Positions 9,124 to 19,701 are shown, numbered from the stretch's first letter. The stretch is DNA of 64,000 nt from Amoebidium appalachense (GCA_963693365.1 CAVNZM010000006.1:8249355-8313354), one strand, 5' to 3'. The notes: a model not told the origin generated them from the sequence alone. Numbers and translations are program-made.

Positions 9124-11265
9124 ATGGCGAATATTCTGGAGGATCTGGACTTGGTGGAAAACATGGAGGACGAGGACACGGACAGCATGGAGGACGAGGG
9201 CACGGACAGCATGGAGGACGAGGACACGGACCCCTTCTCAGATGCGTATTTTGAATTCCTGGAAGCTGCAGGGGTTGTTGAGCCTGGCACGACGGTCGAC
9301 GACTGGTTCTGCGCCGACCCGGCAGACATAAGTGCGCTCCGGACAGGTAGAAACTGGTGGCCGAACAAGCGCGCGGTTCAGGAGGCCGTGGACAACGGCA
9401 CGGTGCAGCGGGCGATTGAGCGCCTGCAACAGCAGGGCCTGGAAATGCCCGAAGGACGGGGGATGGAAGACCTAATAATCGAAACGCTGGTGTTCATGCG
9501 CGTGGCCCGCCAGGCACTCTCCGAGTCTGGGATGGTGCGAAAGGTGTCAACCTTGTGGGGTGGGGAGCCTGAGAACCGCGACCCCTACATACGCGAAAAT
9601 CTGGAAGATCTGGTGAGCCCCGCCGTGCGCGAAGAGGTAAAGGCGGCCAAGCGCAATGGGGACGAGAATGCCATTCAAAATATTATGGATGATCCGGAAA
9701 TCCGCGCCCAGATCACAGACGCGCTGTGGTGCAGGGCTGCTCGCAGGGCCAATCGTCTCAAGCGCCTGGAAACAGCTCTGTACATGTCCGAGGGGCTCAC
9801 CAAGAGAGAGTACATATTCAGGTACGCAGATGAGTTGTTTCCCTCGTACGCCGCGGCACGGATACGTGATATACCAATGGGTGATAACGAAGCATGGGAA
9901 AGGGCCGTCGAAACTGAAATGCTAGACGAAGCTGTGGTGGAGGAAGTCCGGAAGAAACTTATGAAACGCGCCACCAGTATTGGCGGCAAATATGTCGGAA
10001 TCTTCCAGTTGGCTCTCAACGAGATGATAGCAAGCCACGGTGGCGTCATTCCAAACATGCAACAACGTCCCCACAATGGCGATGTCGAAATGGCTGTAGA
10101 ACCCGAAGCCCCGGATTCGGATTCGATGCCCCAGGCTCCATCTGGTAGCACTGCACCGGTGTCCGGGTCTGCCATGGATCTTTCGCACGCGGAGGGCGAT
10201 GAAGATGATGCGAACATTTTCGAATGGACCGCACAAGGCCTTGTCAAACTATTTGCTACGTTGACCGCTGACTCTCCGCACCAGGCGAATCGGCTTTGTT
10301 ATGAGCACAAGTGGGAGCTTGTTGACAAGTTTGAGTTGTTCGCGCGCGGTGCGCTCGAGATTGCCAGACGACGTCAAATGAAAGAAGATTTGGGCAAAAT
10401 GCTGAAGGCAGATTTGGACGCAGAAGAGGCAGACGCTAAAGACGAAGAGGACGAGGAGGACCGCGCGTTTGTGGTCCCTGATGACGACCCGGAGGTGCAG
10501 CCACCAGACAACAATGCACCCGACACCCTTTCCGACGAGCTCCGCGACCTGAGGGCTGCGGTACAGATTGCACAACCCGAGACCAGGATCGAAGCCGTGA
10601 GGCAGGTTCTTGACTGGCTGGCGAGACAGCCGAACGGGGTGTACCACCCACCGCCGCCACGGATGCTGTTCCACAGGTTGCCGTCTCCATTGGACCTGTC
10701 AGACTGGCTCACCCGGACGATTTCTCCCATGGATGAAGAGGACATGAGGATCCCAGAAGGGGTTTACAACGCGCTGCAGAAGTGGATCAGGTACACGAAA
10801 CTTAGACGCCTAGAAGCCCTGCGCGCAAATTTCAGACCGGCCCCGTCGACCGCGGAGTTAGAGGCATACGTAGAGAGAATGTACAGGGCGATCAACGGCT
10901 TGCTCCCGGATCGCTTCCACAACCACACTAATGATTGGACGGGACGGTTTGATGCCTACCCCAGCGAAACAGCAGCCATCATACTCCTTTCTGGGGCAGA
11001 ACCCCGGGGGGATCCATTGGCGGCGGCAGACGGCGACCCCATATTTGCGAGGATGCTCATCATCGCCGCAGGGGTCCAGGGATTGCACGATGCAGGGGTT
11101 TTTCAGTTTACAGGTGTGGAGTCGCCGGTTAGACCGGTGGTTGAAGACTTGCCATTAGGACCGGCTGGAAATACCCGGTGGACGCGGTCTGGAACAACGC
11201 ATGCCCTGAGGGCCACCAAAAGGCAAAGGAGACAGCTCAGGCATTACAGTCCACCCGGGCAGTAA
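9124..11265 (+). CDS. Large acidic hypothetical protein (713 aa)
   Basis: Long ORF; N-terminal 3x MEDE(D/G)TD repeats; acidic tracts; basic NLS-like C-terminus (KRQRRQLR). Confidence 0.75.
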   Translation: MANILEDLDLVENMEDEDTDSMEDEGTDSMEDEDTDPFSDAYFEFLEAAGVVEPGTTVDDWFCADPADISALRTGRNWWPNKRAVQEAVDNGTVQRAIERLQQQGLEMPEGRGMEDLIIETLVFMRVARQALSESGMVRKVSTLWGGEPENRDPYIRENLEDLVSPAVREEVKAAKRNGDENAIQNIMDDPEIRAQITDALWCRAARRANRLKRLETALYMSEGLTKREYIFRYADELFPSYAAARIRDIPMGDNEAWERAVETEMLDEAVVEEVRKKLMKRATSIGGKYVGIFQLALNEMIASHGGVIPNMQQRPHNGDVEMAVEPEAPDSDSMPQAPSGSTAPVSGSAMDLSHAEGDEDDANIFEWTAQGLVKLFATLTADSPHQANRLCYEHKWELVDKFELFARGALEIARRRQMKEDLGKMLKADLDAEEADAKDEEDEEDRAFVVPDDDPEVQPPDNNAPDTLSDELRDLRAAVQIAQPETRIEAVRQVLDWLARQPNGVYHPPPPRMLFHRLPSPLDLSDWLTRTISPMDEEDMRIPEGVYNALQKWIRYTKLRRLEALRANFRPAPSTAELEAYVERMYRAINGLLPDRFHNHTNDWTGRFDAYPSETAAIILLSGAEPRGDPLAAADGDPIFARMLIIAAGVQGLHDAGVFQFTGVESPVRPVVEDLPLGPAGNTRWTRSGTTHALRATKRQRRQLRHYSPPGQ

Positions 11266-11316
11266 ACAAGCGAACACAATCGAAGCCACCAAAATTTTGG
11301 GGTGTTGAATCTATAG

Positions 11317-12822
11317 ATGGCACACGGGCGAGGGAGGGATGTAGTGGAAAGATTTCCCGTGAAGCCGCGCTGCTTTTTCAGGTTCGTAAAGAAAAATGCA
11401 GAACATTTTGTGGAAGAAACGCCGGTCTCCCCCAGCACTCAGACGTACGCATGGACACCGGAAAACGGTTGCCTCTCCCTCTCCCTGGAAAGCACAGAAC
11501 CCGACACGATCCCGGTGTATCTTGCCTGTGTTAAACGTCTCCGGTTCGATGCGCAACAGGATGGCTACTCCGTGAATATCGAGTTCGAGAACCAAGATAG
11601 TCCTGGGATACGCACCTTCGACACAACTTACGATTCGGTTCGAAACTTCATGTTGGACAAGAGGGGCAATGCTTTCAAGGAGATCATGGTGAAGCACGCC
11701 CCATACCAGATCGAGGAGTACAAAAAGAGTACCATCCCTGGGAACCCAACACCCCCATATTTGCAGGAGGATTCGGTAGCAGACCTCTTGTTTGACAAAC
11801 TGTACCGCGGGGCCCAACAAATTTCGGGGTCCATAAAAGATTTGATAGGGGTAGGGTCTGTGTGGACTTCGCCTGCAGTAGAGGGGAGAACCAATACTAT
11901 AGTAATGCTACAGACATATCTTCCGAAGTCCACAATTTTCGCCCCCGGAGAATTGCTCCGTACACAACCCAACAACGAGTCAATGACTGTCCAGCCATCG
12001 TTTAGGAATCTCAGGAACGATGGCTTCATGACCACCATATCGATGCCTAAATGGAAGTTCTTTTTTAGGAACGAACTCGCGACAATGTTGTTCCAATGGC
12101 TGACTGACCCCCAACGGGTGCCCTACTTTATTATATACACAGGTGAAGTGCACCATGCTTCTGTCATCATACTCGTTTCAGGTGACAAGTCGAGTATAGT
12201 TCTGGAGTTCTTCAATGTCCATGCCCCGAGTAGCACGTTGACAAAAGCCCTTGTCTCATTCATGAGAAGCGCTGATCCCACAGGCAAGCTGAAAGACATA
12301 CTTCGATCCCTCAAACCCGAAAGTGTTTGCACTGATTTGCAAAATCTTCATGGAAAAAGGACATTGTACGACGAATTGTTTGACAGAGACGAGGTGGTCG
12401 ATGGGGCCTGTGCGTCTTGGTTGAGTATTTATATACTGCTGCGGACTTCACAAGCCGACTGGTCGTCCATACCGGGTGCGGATGGGCACACCATAGGCGA
12501 GCGGATCTGCAACTTCATCAAGACGAAAATCGCAAGGGATGGGGGATTCCAAGCGGTCTATAAGGTCGGGGGAACGATCGCGATGTACGGAAAGCACCTG
12601 ATCGAACTCTACGGGGCTAAGATGTATCAAACTGCGGATTGGTGGGCGCAAGACGGCGTCAATCAACAGGAGCGTTACCGAGAGGTCGTGGACATGGTGC
12701 TTTCCAAGAAAGTTCTCGTATTGACCGATGCCGAGCTTAAGGATGCAGGACTGCCAACACGCAAGGACGGCGAGCAACTTGTGAACGAGGTCCGAGAACA
12801 AGCGGCGCGCCTCCTCCCCTGA
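11317..12822 (+). CDS. Putative CE-clan-like cysteine protease, paralog A
   Basis: HASVIIL...LEFFN...DLQ...DGACASW gives the His-Asn-Gln-Cys order; full-length paralog at 17651-19168. Confidence 0.65.
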   Translation: MAHGRGRDVVERFPVKPRCFFRFVKKNAEHFVEETPVSPSTQTYAWTPENGCLSLSLESTEPDTIPVYLACVKRLRFDAQQDGYSVNIEFENQDSPGIRTFDTTYDSVRNFMLDKRGNAFKEIMVKHAPYQIEEYKKSTIPGNPTPPYLQEDSVADLLFDKLYRGAQQISGSIKDLIGVGSVWTSPAVEGRTNTIVMLQTYLPKSTIFAPGELLRTQPNNESMTVQPSFRNLRNDGFMTTISMPKWKFFFRNELATMLFQWLTDPQRVPYFIIYTGEVHHASVIILVSGDKSSIVLEFFNVHAPSSTLTKALVSFMRSADPTGKLKDILRSLKPESVCTDLQNLHGKRTLYDELFDRDEVVDGACASWLSIYILLRTSQADWSSIPGADGHTIGERICNFIKTKIARDGGFQAVYKVGGTIAMYGKHLIELYGAKMYQTADWWAQDGVNQQERYREVVDMVLSKKVLVLTDAELKDAGLPTRKDGEQLVNEVREQAARLLP

Positions 12823-12864
12823 GGGCACCAAAAGGTCAAGAATTGAGGTGGATTGATCCCTGCC

Positions 12865-13230
12865 TCAGCGGAGGACCTCCCTTCTCAGCGCAGCGGCCAG
12901 CCGCGCGAGCCAGGCGGTGCGGTCGTCGCCCAGGCGTGTGGCAAAGTCGGCATAGGACATCTGTGCCGAGAACCATTGACCCTTCTCCTCGTTCCAGTAG
13001 CGCAGGCCGTTAACATTGGAAACTTCCATGCGCGGGCACCGGCCGCATTCGCCAAAACGGGCTGTGTCGGCCTCCCAGCCCGCGGCCAGGCGCTTGTCAT
13101 AAAGCAGGGCGGCACAGGCGGGTGCGTCGCAGGGCGGGTCACGACCGAACACCGTGCGCACCGCATCTCGCAGCGCAAGCGCAAGCAGGGTGGTCACGCA
13201 GAGGGCCATGAGCAGGAGTACCAGCTGCAT
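12865..13230 (-). CDS. Small signal-anchored Cys-containing protein (121 aa)
   Basis: Hydrophobic N-terminus LVLLLMALCVTTLLALAL; CxxxxCxxxL and CGRC motifs. Confidence 0.65.
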   Translation of the reverse strand: MQLVLLLMALCVTTLLALALRDAVRTVFGRDPPCDAPACAALLYDKRLAAGWEADTARFGECGRCPRMEVSNVNGLRYWNEEKGQWFSAQMSYADFATRLGDDRTAWLARLAAALRREVLR

Positions 13231-13278
13231 TGTTACGTCACGGGCGCATTTTGTGCCGGCTTAATCTTCCTGTAGTGC

Positions 13279-13867
13279 ATGCACATCACGCACGGCGACC
13301 GCTTCGTCAGCCGCAACCTCGCGCTGCTCAGCTGCCCGGTGGAGTGGCCCGAGGACCTGGCCAACACGAGGCACACGGGCATGGGCCTGCGGTGGCGGCG
13401 TGACGGCGACAAGGTCACCGCCATGCTCGGTGAGACACGCATGTACTGGAGGGCGCTGCCCGAGGCCAACGTCGTCACGTTCACCGATGACCCGGCTCAG
13501 GCGAGCTCTTTTGGGTTCAGCGACTGCCCGCTCCCGCAGCCCAACCACGTTCCCGACACGGGTCTGGCGGGCGTGCGGGTGCGTCTGCACGACAAAGACC
13601 TGCCGGCTCTCCCCCCGCCTAGCGCACCGCCCCCAGGGCCGCGTGGAGCTCGGCGTGGCCTTCTCCATCGGCGTGCTCGGCGTGGGGCCCCTGCCCATGC
13701 CCTCGTGGTTTGTGTCCTCGGTCGCAGACACGAGCCCCACCATGCAGTATGGGTTCCGCGGCGTCAACCTTGCGCTGTGCCTGCTGCACGTGTGGCGCGT
13801 GCGCGTGTGCGTGGACCTGTTCCCGTTCCCGGGCCTGACGCTTTTTCTGGCGCTGCTCGAGCTCTGA
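13279..13867 (+). pseudogene. Hypothetical gene, probably frameshifted near 13530-13560
   Basis: Protein-like sequence starts in the 13279 frame and continues in the 13400..13867 frame, which stops just before the next gene. Confidence 0.45.
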
Positions 13868-13887
13868 TATTTTGTAGCCATCTATCA

Positions 13888-14283
13888 ATGCGTGCGCTGC
13901 TCCTGTGTCCCCCCCTGCTTGCACTGGTCCTTGCGGCCCCCGAGTGCCTGGTGTTTGCAAGCTCGGCAACCCTTGCGGCAACCACCGCGCACGTGCCGCC
14001 CAGCTCCACTGCCGAAACAAAGACGTGGTGGGCGACCCTGACGCACGTGGAGACCGTTGCAGCCACCACCACAGCCGCCGCTTCGATTCAAACCATCGAA
14101 ACCACCTCGGCCTCGGAAACTCCCACCGAAACGGACACCGACGTATTCGAGATCCCCACCTCCATCACTGAAGGCGACCCAACCGACGAACCCATGCCCA
14201 CGATGCCCGTGGACCCGCCCGCACCACCCGCCGGGGTGAACGCATCCAACTGGGAGTGCCGTTGCACGCTCATCAGACGTTAA
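13888..14283 (+). CDS. Secreted Thr/Pro-rich mucin-like protein
   Basis: Signal peptide MRALLLCPPLLALVLA; T/S/P/E-rich body; WECRC tail. Confidence 0.7.
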   Translation: MRALLLCPPLLALVLAAPECLVFASSATLAATTAHVPPSSTAETKTWWATLTHVETVAATTTAAASIQTIETTSASETPTETDTDVFEIPTSITEGDPTDEPMPTMPVDPPAPPAGVNASNWECRCTLIRR

Positions 14284-14363
14284 TCATTTCTCGGAAAACC
14301 AGAGTTGGCCTGTCCATTCTTTGTTTTGTTCAGCCACGCCAGCTTTTAATTTGCGCAAGAAGA

Positions 14364-14874
14364 ATGGACTTGTCAAACTTTGAATGCGATTGCCTTAATC
14401 ATTCTAATGCTTACTATCGGTGTGTTGGCATGGGCATACATCAAGTACGAACCCAAACCTGCCCCTGGCAAAAACGACAGTACCCCTAAGCCTGGCCCCG
14501 GCAAAAACGACAGTACCCCTGCAGTCGCACGGACACAGTGGTATGCTTTCGACCAAGTGGGGGACCACAGCACGGACAACACGTTTAACGACTGGCAAGA
14601 CCCGGTAAACTATGGGTACACGTCGGCCAGTCAGTGCATTAACCGATGCCAATCTATGAGCGGATGCCAACAGGTGGGCTATTCGCCATGGCAGGATATG
14701 GACGGGAAGCGGCCAAAAGGCTATTGCTACATGAGAAAAGCCGTCAAGAAATGGCCGTTGGATGCGTGGTCAAACAAGTCCGGTGTGGCTGCATCGGAAT
14801 CGCAGGTCACGTATGTGATGGCCGCACAAGTGCCGGAGAGCGAGAAGCAACATGGCAAGCTGGTTGAGTTCTAG
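14364..14874 (+). CDS. Membrane-anchored PAN/Apple-domain protein (ATG at 14364 is 1 nt out of frame with ORF 14380..14874)
   Basis: N-terminal TM, repeated PGKNDSTP stalk, SASQCINRCQSMSGC...CYMRK PAN-type cysteine pattern. Confidence 0.65.
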
Positions 14875-15052
14875 CATGAATCAGATGAACAAATGTAAGA
14901 AAGGCTGGCATTTCCATTGCCCCCTGGTTTGGGTGCACGCTGCTACAAAGATATTTGGCAACCTTGTTTTTCTTTGTCGTGTATATGGCCAATTTGATGG
15001 CTGTTTGATCTTGTGTCTAGAGCTGGCTTCTTTTTTATTGTGCCCCAATGTA

Positions 15053-16411
15053 ATGTCGCATGCGCGCTCCCGCATCCTTGACGACATGGCGTCCCACATC
15101 GATTTCTCGGCAGCCGTGGCGCGCCGGGCAGCGTTCCCGCACGGGCCAGCCCTGCCCTCGGCCCCCCGCAGCGTGTCGGTGCCGAGCGAGGCGCCCCCGC
15201 GTGTCGAGCCCCCGCAGCCGCCGCAGGGCCAGTGGCGCTACCACTTCGTGACGGGCGGGTCCGAGTGCCGGCCGCTGCAGGTGGAGTTTCCCGCCACCCA
15301 GTCCGTGCACGGCATCCGTGTTGAGGGCATCAAGGCGCACAGCGTGTACGACGTGTGCGAGGGCGCCAACAAGCTCACGCTGTCGCTGTCGTACCTGGAC
15401 TCGCCCGACGGCCGGCCCCCAGGCATGTGGGTGAAGGCGTCCACCGACGTGTACCTGCCTGTGGGCAACTACACCCTGGACACCCTGTGCGCCGAACTCG
15501 AGATGCGTCTGGACGCCGCCATCGCCGCATGCTTCAACCCCAGCTACAGCCCCGAGGAGGTGGCGGACATTTTGGAGATGTACCCCGACACGCTGCCCTA
15601 CTACGCCAGCGTCACACACACGGAGCAGTTGCGCCGGGACGCCGAGCGCAACGGCGAGGCGTGGACCAGGCACCAGGACTTTGTGTGCAAGACGCGGTGG
15701 GCGCCACGCCGGCAGGGCCCGCGCGACGAGATCGCATTCGAGGCGCTGATGCTCGCGCAGCTGTACTACAGGGAGAACGCATGGGCGTGGCGTGAGCTGG
15801 CCAACGAGCGTGACACCCACGGGCGCATCCAGTGGCCGTTCCACAACACGCTGTACAACCTCATGACGCCCTCGAAGCTCGCGCTGCCCGGGCGACTGGT
15901 CATCAGCATCCACCACCGCAAGAACATGGACCCGGACACCATGAAGCACTGGCTGCCGTATGCGTCGGTGCCGACGTTCTCGCTTGACGTGTGCCGGGGG
16001 CTCGGGAGCGTGCTGGGAATGGCGGCCGGCGCGCACGTCAGCCACAGCCTGACAGCGGGGCTGCCTCCGCTGGCCCGCTACTTCGACGGGCGAGACCATG
16101 CGGCCGTGGAGGAGGGCGACCAGCAGCTGCCGTGCCAGGGCGACAACATCCAGTGCGTGTTTGGGACGGATGCACCCCTGGGCCCGCGGGGGGCGCTCAT
16201 GGTGCACGTCATGCAGGGCGAGACGAACCTGCAGGGGCGCATCATGGCGCCGGGCGTGCAGGGGGCGGCGGGCGGGGCGGTGGACGACATGCTGGCGAGC
16301 CCGCAGATCTTGGGGACGCTGGACCACGTCGACACGCTGCGGCTGGTGGTGGTGGACGAGACCGGGACAAGGGTGAGCGGGTGCTTCTCGGCGCTGGTCG
16401 CGGTTAAATAA
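15053..16411 (+). CDS. Probable penton/minor capsid protein (single jelly roll with large insertion)
   Basis: LQVEFP...VHGIRV...YDV..GANKL...LPVGNYTLDTLCAELE and C-terminal VDTLRLVVVDETG match the NCLDV/polinton penton pattern; stop overlaps AATAAA. Confidence 0.7.
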   Translation: MSHARSRILDDMASHIDFSAAVARRAAFPHGPALPSAPRSVSVPSEAPPRVEPPQPPQGQWRYHFVTGGSECRPLQVEFPATQSVHGIRVEGIKAHSVYDVCEGANKLTLSLSYLDSPDGRPPGMWVKASTDVYLPVGNYTLDTLCAELEMRLDAAIAACFNPSYSPEEVADILEMYPDTLPYYASVTHTEQLRRDAERNGEAWTRHQDFVCKTRWAPRRQGPRDEIAFEALMLAQLYYRENAWAWRELANERDTHGRIQWPFHNTLYNLMTPSKLALPGRLVISIHHRKNMDPDTMKHWLPYASVPTFSLDVCRGLGSVLGMAAGAHVSHSLTAGLPPLARYFDGRDHAAVEEGDQQLPCQGDNIQCVFGTDAPLGPRGALMVHVMQGETNLQGRIMAPGVQGAAGGAVDDMLASPQILGTLDHVDTLRLVVVDETGTRVSGCFSALVAVK

Positions 16412-16438
16412 AAGAGACTCCCAGATAATTCCCGACCT

Positions 16439-16954
16439 CTACCCGCCCATAGCCGCCCTGTCAGCGGGGCGTTCAACCTGTGGGAACCTAGGCACGAACG
16501 AGAAGGACTCGAATGTCGCGTACGCCGCACGGCGCGCCACAGCCATGCCGCAGTGACGCGCGCGCTCCTGGAACTGCTGGTAGCGGTCGGTGTACTGGGG
16601 ATCGGACGACGTCTCCATGAGGAACACGCCAAACCTGTCCTCCTCCTCGTCACCGAAGAAGATGATGTTGACGACGACGGGGACCCCCTCGAGCCGCCCG
16701 ACCATGAGCCAGTTGTAGTGCCCCCTCCCATGGATCATCCAGGGCTCCCGCGCCTGTGCGCTTTCGATCAAGAACAGAAACGACTCCTGCCCGGACAACA
16801 CATCCTCGCACGGCAGTGTCAGCTGCAAGTAGAATATGTTCGGCTGGCCCAGCCGTGGTATCATTTCGGCCAAATCCGAGCCGCCGTCGATAAACACCTC
16901 GTGGTCGTAATCCGCGTCCCATCCCCATGTGGCCTGTGAAGTCCCGATTCCCAT
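16439..16954 (-). CDS. Hypothetical protein with N-myristoylation motif (MGIGTS)
   Basis: ATG at 16954; MGxxxS consensus; GC3-biased frame. Confidence 0.65.
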   Translation of the reverse strand: MGIGTSQATWGWDADYDHEVFIDGGSDLAEMIPRLGQPNIFYLQLTLPCEDVLSGQESFLFLIESAQAREPWMIHGRGHYNWLMVGRLEGVPVVVNIIFFGDEEEDRFGVFLMETSSDPQYTDRYQQFQERARHCGMAVARRAAYATFESFSFVPRFPQVERPADRAAMGG

Positions 16955-17032
16955 GCCTGTGCCAACAATATTCTTGTAAACGAGTTGGGCAGGGAAGCAT
17001 AAAAGGGAATCCCCCAACCCCCCACCCTCACA

Positions 17033-17605
17033 ATGCGTGTGGCCGCCATCGACATCGGCTTCCTGAACCTGGTGGTGTGCGTGCTCAGCACGACCGACGA
17101 CCCCGCCACGCCCTTCATCATCCACACGTGGGACCGCTGGCTCGTGGGCAACCCGGACACCACGGCCACGGTGCTGGTGGAGCTGCTGCTGCGCCGGCTG
17201 CACGAGGACCGCGCGCTGTTCGCGGACGTCGACATGGTCGTCATCGAGCGCCAGATGGTCACCAAGCTGAGCGTGCTGGCGCACGCGCTGCAGGCGTACT
17301 TCCTCACCCTCAGATTGACCAATGGCCACGGGCCCGGCGTGGTGCTGCAGCACGGCACGCGCAAGAACCAGTGCGGGGCGTGGCTCGCCCGCCACGGAAT
17401 GGCTCCTGCGGAGACGGGCAAGGCGGGGTATGCGGTGTACAAGCGGCGTGCGGTGGTCGACACGCAGCAAGCGCTCAAGCTGCAGAGTGAGCAGGGGTGG
17501 CGGGACAAGTTTGGGCGGGAGGGCAAGAAGGACGACATGGCGGATGCGCTGCTGCACGGTCTGTGGTACCTGTTCTGTCGGAATCAGAAGGGGGGGTCAC
17601 GCTGA
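17033..17605 (+). CDS. RuvC-like Holliday junction resolvase (poxvirus A22 type)
   Basis: AIDIGFLNL, VVIERQ and KKDDMADALL catalytic motifs. Confidence 0.92.
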   Translation: MRVAAIDIGFLNLVVCVLSTTDDPATPFIIHTWDRWLVGNPDTTATVLVELLLRRLHEDRALFADVDMVVIERQMVTKLSVLAHALQAYFLTLRLTNGHGPGVVLQHGTRKNQCGAWLARHGMAPAETGKAGYAVYKRRAVVDTQQALKLQSEQGWRDKFGREGKKDDMADALLHGLWYLFCRNQKGGSR

Positions 17606-17650
17606 AAGAAGGCAGACAGTGTTCAAAATAAAGTTGGCAATCGCCCCTGC

Positions 17651-19168
17651 TCATGCGAGCACACTTGCATTCGGAGTTGTCGCTGCTGCTTTCGCGATGT
17701 CTTCCACAAGCCGCTCTCCATCCCTGCGCCTCGGCAGTCCTGCGGCTTCAAGCTCGGCATCGGTCAACACGACCGTTTTCTTGGTTATTACCTCTCTTAT
17801 TACCTGTGTGTACCGTGGGTCATCAAGATTCGGCTGCACCACATTTATCTCTCCTCCATGCATCTTAGCCCAGTAGAGTTCGGTCAGTTGCTTCCCGTAC
17901 AGGGACAGCACGGCCCCGATTTTGTAGACTGCCCGGAATCCTCTGTCCACCTTCTCAAGCTTTGTCGTTATATGATTGCAGACCCGTTCCCCAATGGTGT
18001 TTCCATTGCCCGGTTGGGAACCCCAGTCGAAGCTTGACGTGCGCAGGAGTATGTAGACCATCAACCAGGAGGCACATGCCGAGTCGTGTATTTCGTTTCT
18101 ATCGACAAGTTCCTCATACAAAACCCTCCTAAAACTTGTCTGAAGGCTCTTACATACAGATTCGTGTTGGTAGGTGCGCAGAACTTTCGAGCTTCCAGTG
18201 TAACCGGCCCCCTCAAGGAACATACAGAGGGCGTCAGCGATTAGCCCTGCCGGGGCAGACATGTTAAAGCACTCGACCACCTTGACTTGCGAATCGATAA
18301 TGACAACAGAAGCATGCTCTGGGCTCGACACATGCATTATATAGTAGCGCTCACGTTCTTGGCTTTTCAGCCATGAAGAGAGGTTCGACACGAATGCTTT
18401 CGGGCATCTGAAACCCCACTTTCCTGCTGACACCTTCCAAGTGGACATTTTACCATTGTCCGTCACAACACTGAGTGCTGGTGTGGACTTGGGGACAGCA
18501 TCACTATTATGCTCTATTTTGAGGGATGTGCCAGGGGAAAAACGAACAGATTTTGGCAGATAGGTTTGCAGCAGTACGAAGGTGTTGTCCCGAGACCTGG
18601 CGCCACACCCTGCCACAGCCGGTGAGGCTTCAACGGAGCCAACCCCAATCAGCTCGGTCAGTGACTTCTGAAGATCAACGAGACCGTTGTACCAGTCAAA
18701 TAGAAGTGGCCACGTTTTTTGTATGTCCTCCATCATGTCCGAGGGCGTAGGTCTTCCAGGGACAATAGCCTGTTTGTACTTTTCGGCCACGTAGGGAGCA
18801 CACTTCACCACAATCGACCCGAAACGGTGCTTCCGCTGGTCCACGAGAAACCGGCTTTTTGAATCATACCTTACAGCAAACTTGTATTCCGTACCAGCTG
18901 TTTGACGCATACAAATAAACAACAATCTGTAGCCACCCAGCCCTGCTTCAAAAACCAGAGATGTAACACAGGTCAGACAGACTGGTTCGACATCATTTTG
19001 AGTGCTCCACAAGTTGATGGAGAGACAGACGTCCCCCATAGCCCACTTGTATGTCTGGGTGTTGCGGGGTTTCAGATGTGCGTCTTCCAACTTGAAATGT
19101 TGGGTATTGCGTTTGACAAACTTGAAGAAGCAGTAGGGCTTTACCGACAATGTCTGTGTTGAAGCCAT
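17651..19168 (-). CDS. Putative CE-clan-like cysteine protease, paralog B
   Basis: HASVVII...VECFN...SLQ...DSACASW; colinear with 11317-12822 (VKP.CFF.FVK; VVLTDAEL..AGLP.R.DGE). Confidence 0.65.
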   Translation of the reverse strand: MASTQTLSVKPYCFFKFVKRNTQHFKLEDAHLKPRNTQTYKWAMGDVCLSINLWSTQNDVEPVCLTCVTSLVFEAGLGGYRLLFICMRQTAGTEYKFAVRYDSKSRFLVDQRKHRFGSIVVKCAPYVAEKYKQAIVPGRPTPSDMMEDIQKTWPLLFDWYNGLVDLQKSLTELIGVGSVEASPAVAGCGARSRDNTFVLLQTYLPKSVRFSPGTSLKIEHNSDAVPKSTPALSVVTDNGKMSTWKVSAGKWGFRCPKAFVSNLSSWLKSQERERYYIMHVSSPEHASVVIIDSQVKVVECFNMSAPAGLIADALCMFLEGAGYTGSSKVLRTYQHESVCKSLQTSFRRVLYEELVDRNEIHDSACASWLMVYILLRTSSFDWGSQPGNGNTIGERVCNHITTKLEKVDRGFRAVYKIGAVLSLYGKQLTELYWAKMHGGEINVVQPNLDDPRYTQVIREVITKKTVVLTDAELEAAGLPRRRDGERLVEDIAKAAATTPNASVLA

Positions 19169-19290
19169 CTACACAACAGCCGAATTTTTCGACATATGGG
19201 TGGTTCCCTGGGACAGTTTCGGATGGGTTCCCGCGCGGGGTGGGGGGGGGGGGATTGCGTCCATTCTGTGACCGATATATGCAAAAGAGT

Positions 19291-19701
19291 TTATATCCCT
19301 GCTGCACCGATGCCAGCAGGCTTGACGCAGCAGAAGTCCGGCGCGCACGGCATCGACGTGGCCCTGCGCCGCTTGCACCGCAGCACCCCGCCGGTCTTGG
19401 GGTCCGGTCGGTAGAGGTTGCAGCCCACAAACTGGTTGCACGGCACGAGCGACGGATTCTGCGGCACCACCGTGCGGCACAGCCACCCGCACCCCACCCC
19501 CGGCACCGGCACCTGCGAGCACACGGGCGCTGCGGTGGCCGTCTGCGCAACGAGCCGTGTGCATCTGGATGGTTGGGTGAGGGTGGGCGTCGGGGTGGTT
19601 GGCGCCGGCGTCGGGGGGGCCGTCACGGTCACGTAGCTGGCGGCGGCGGCGGCGGCGGCTTGTGCAAGTAGGGCAACGAGCACGTACATTACCGTGTGCA
19701 T
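19291..19701 (-). CDS. Small secreted cysteine-rich protein
   Basis: Signal peptide, P/T linker, about 10 Cys. Confidence 0.65.
   Translation of the reverse strand: MHTVMYVLVALLAQAAAAAAASYVTVTAPPTPAPTTPTPTLTQPSRCTRLVAQTATAAPVCSQVPVPGVGCGWLCRTVVPQNPSLVPCNQFVGCNLYRPDPKTGGVLRCKRRRATSMPCAPDFCCVKPAGIGAAGI

Noticed and set aside
16439-17557. 372-aa ORF and other long antisense ORFs (2281..3060, 5628..6395, 15035..16327, 20678..22096)
   Set aside because: Shadow frames of high-GC3 genes on the opposite strand.
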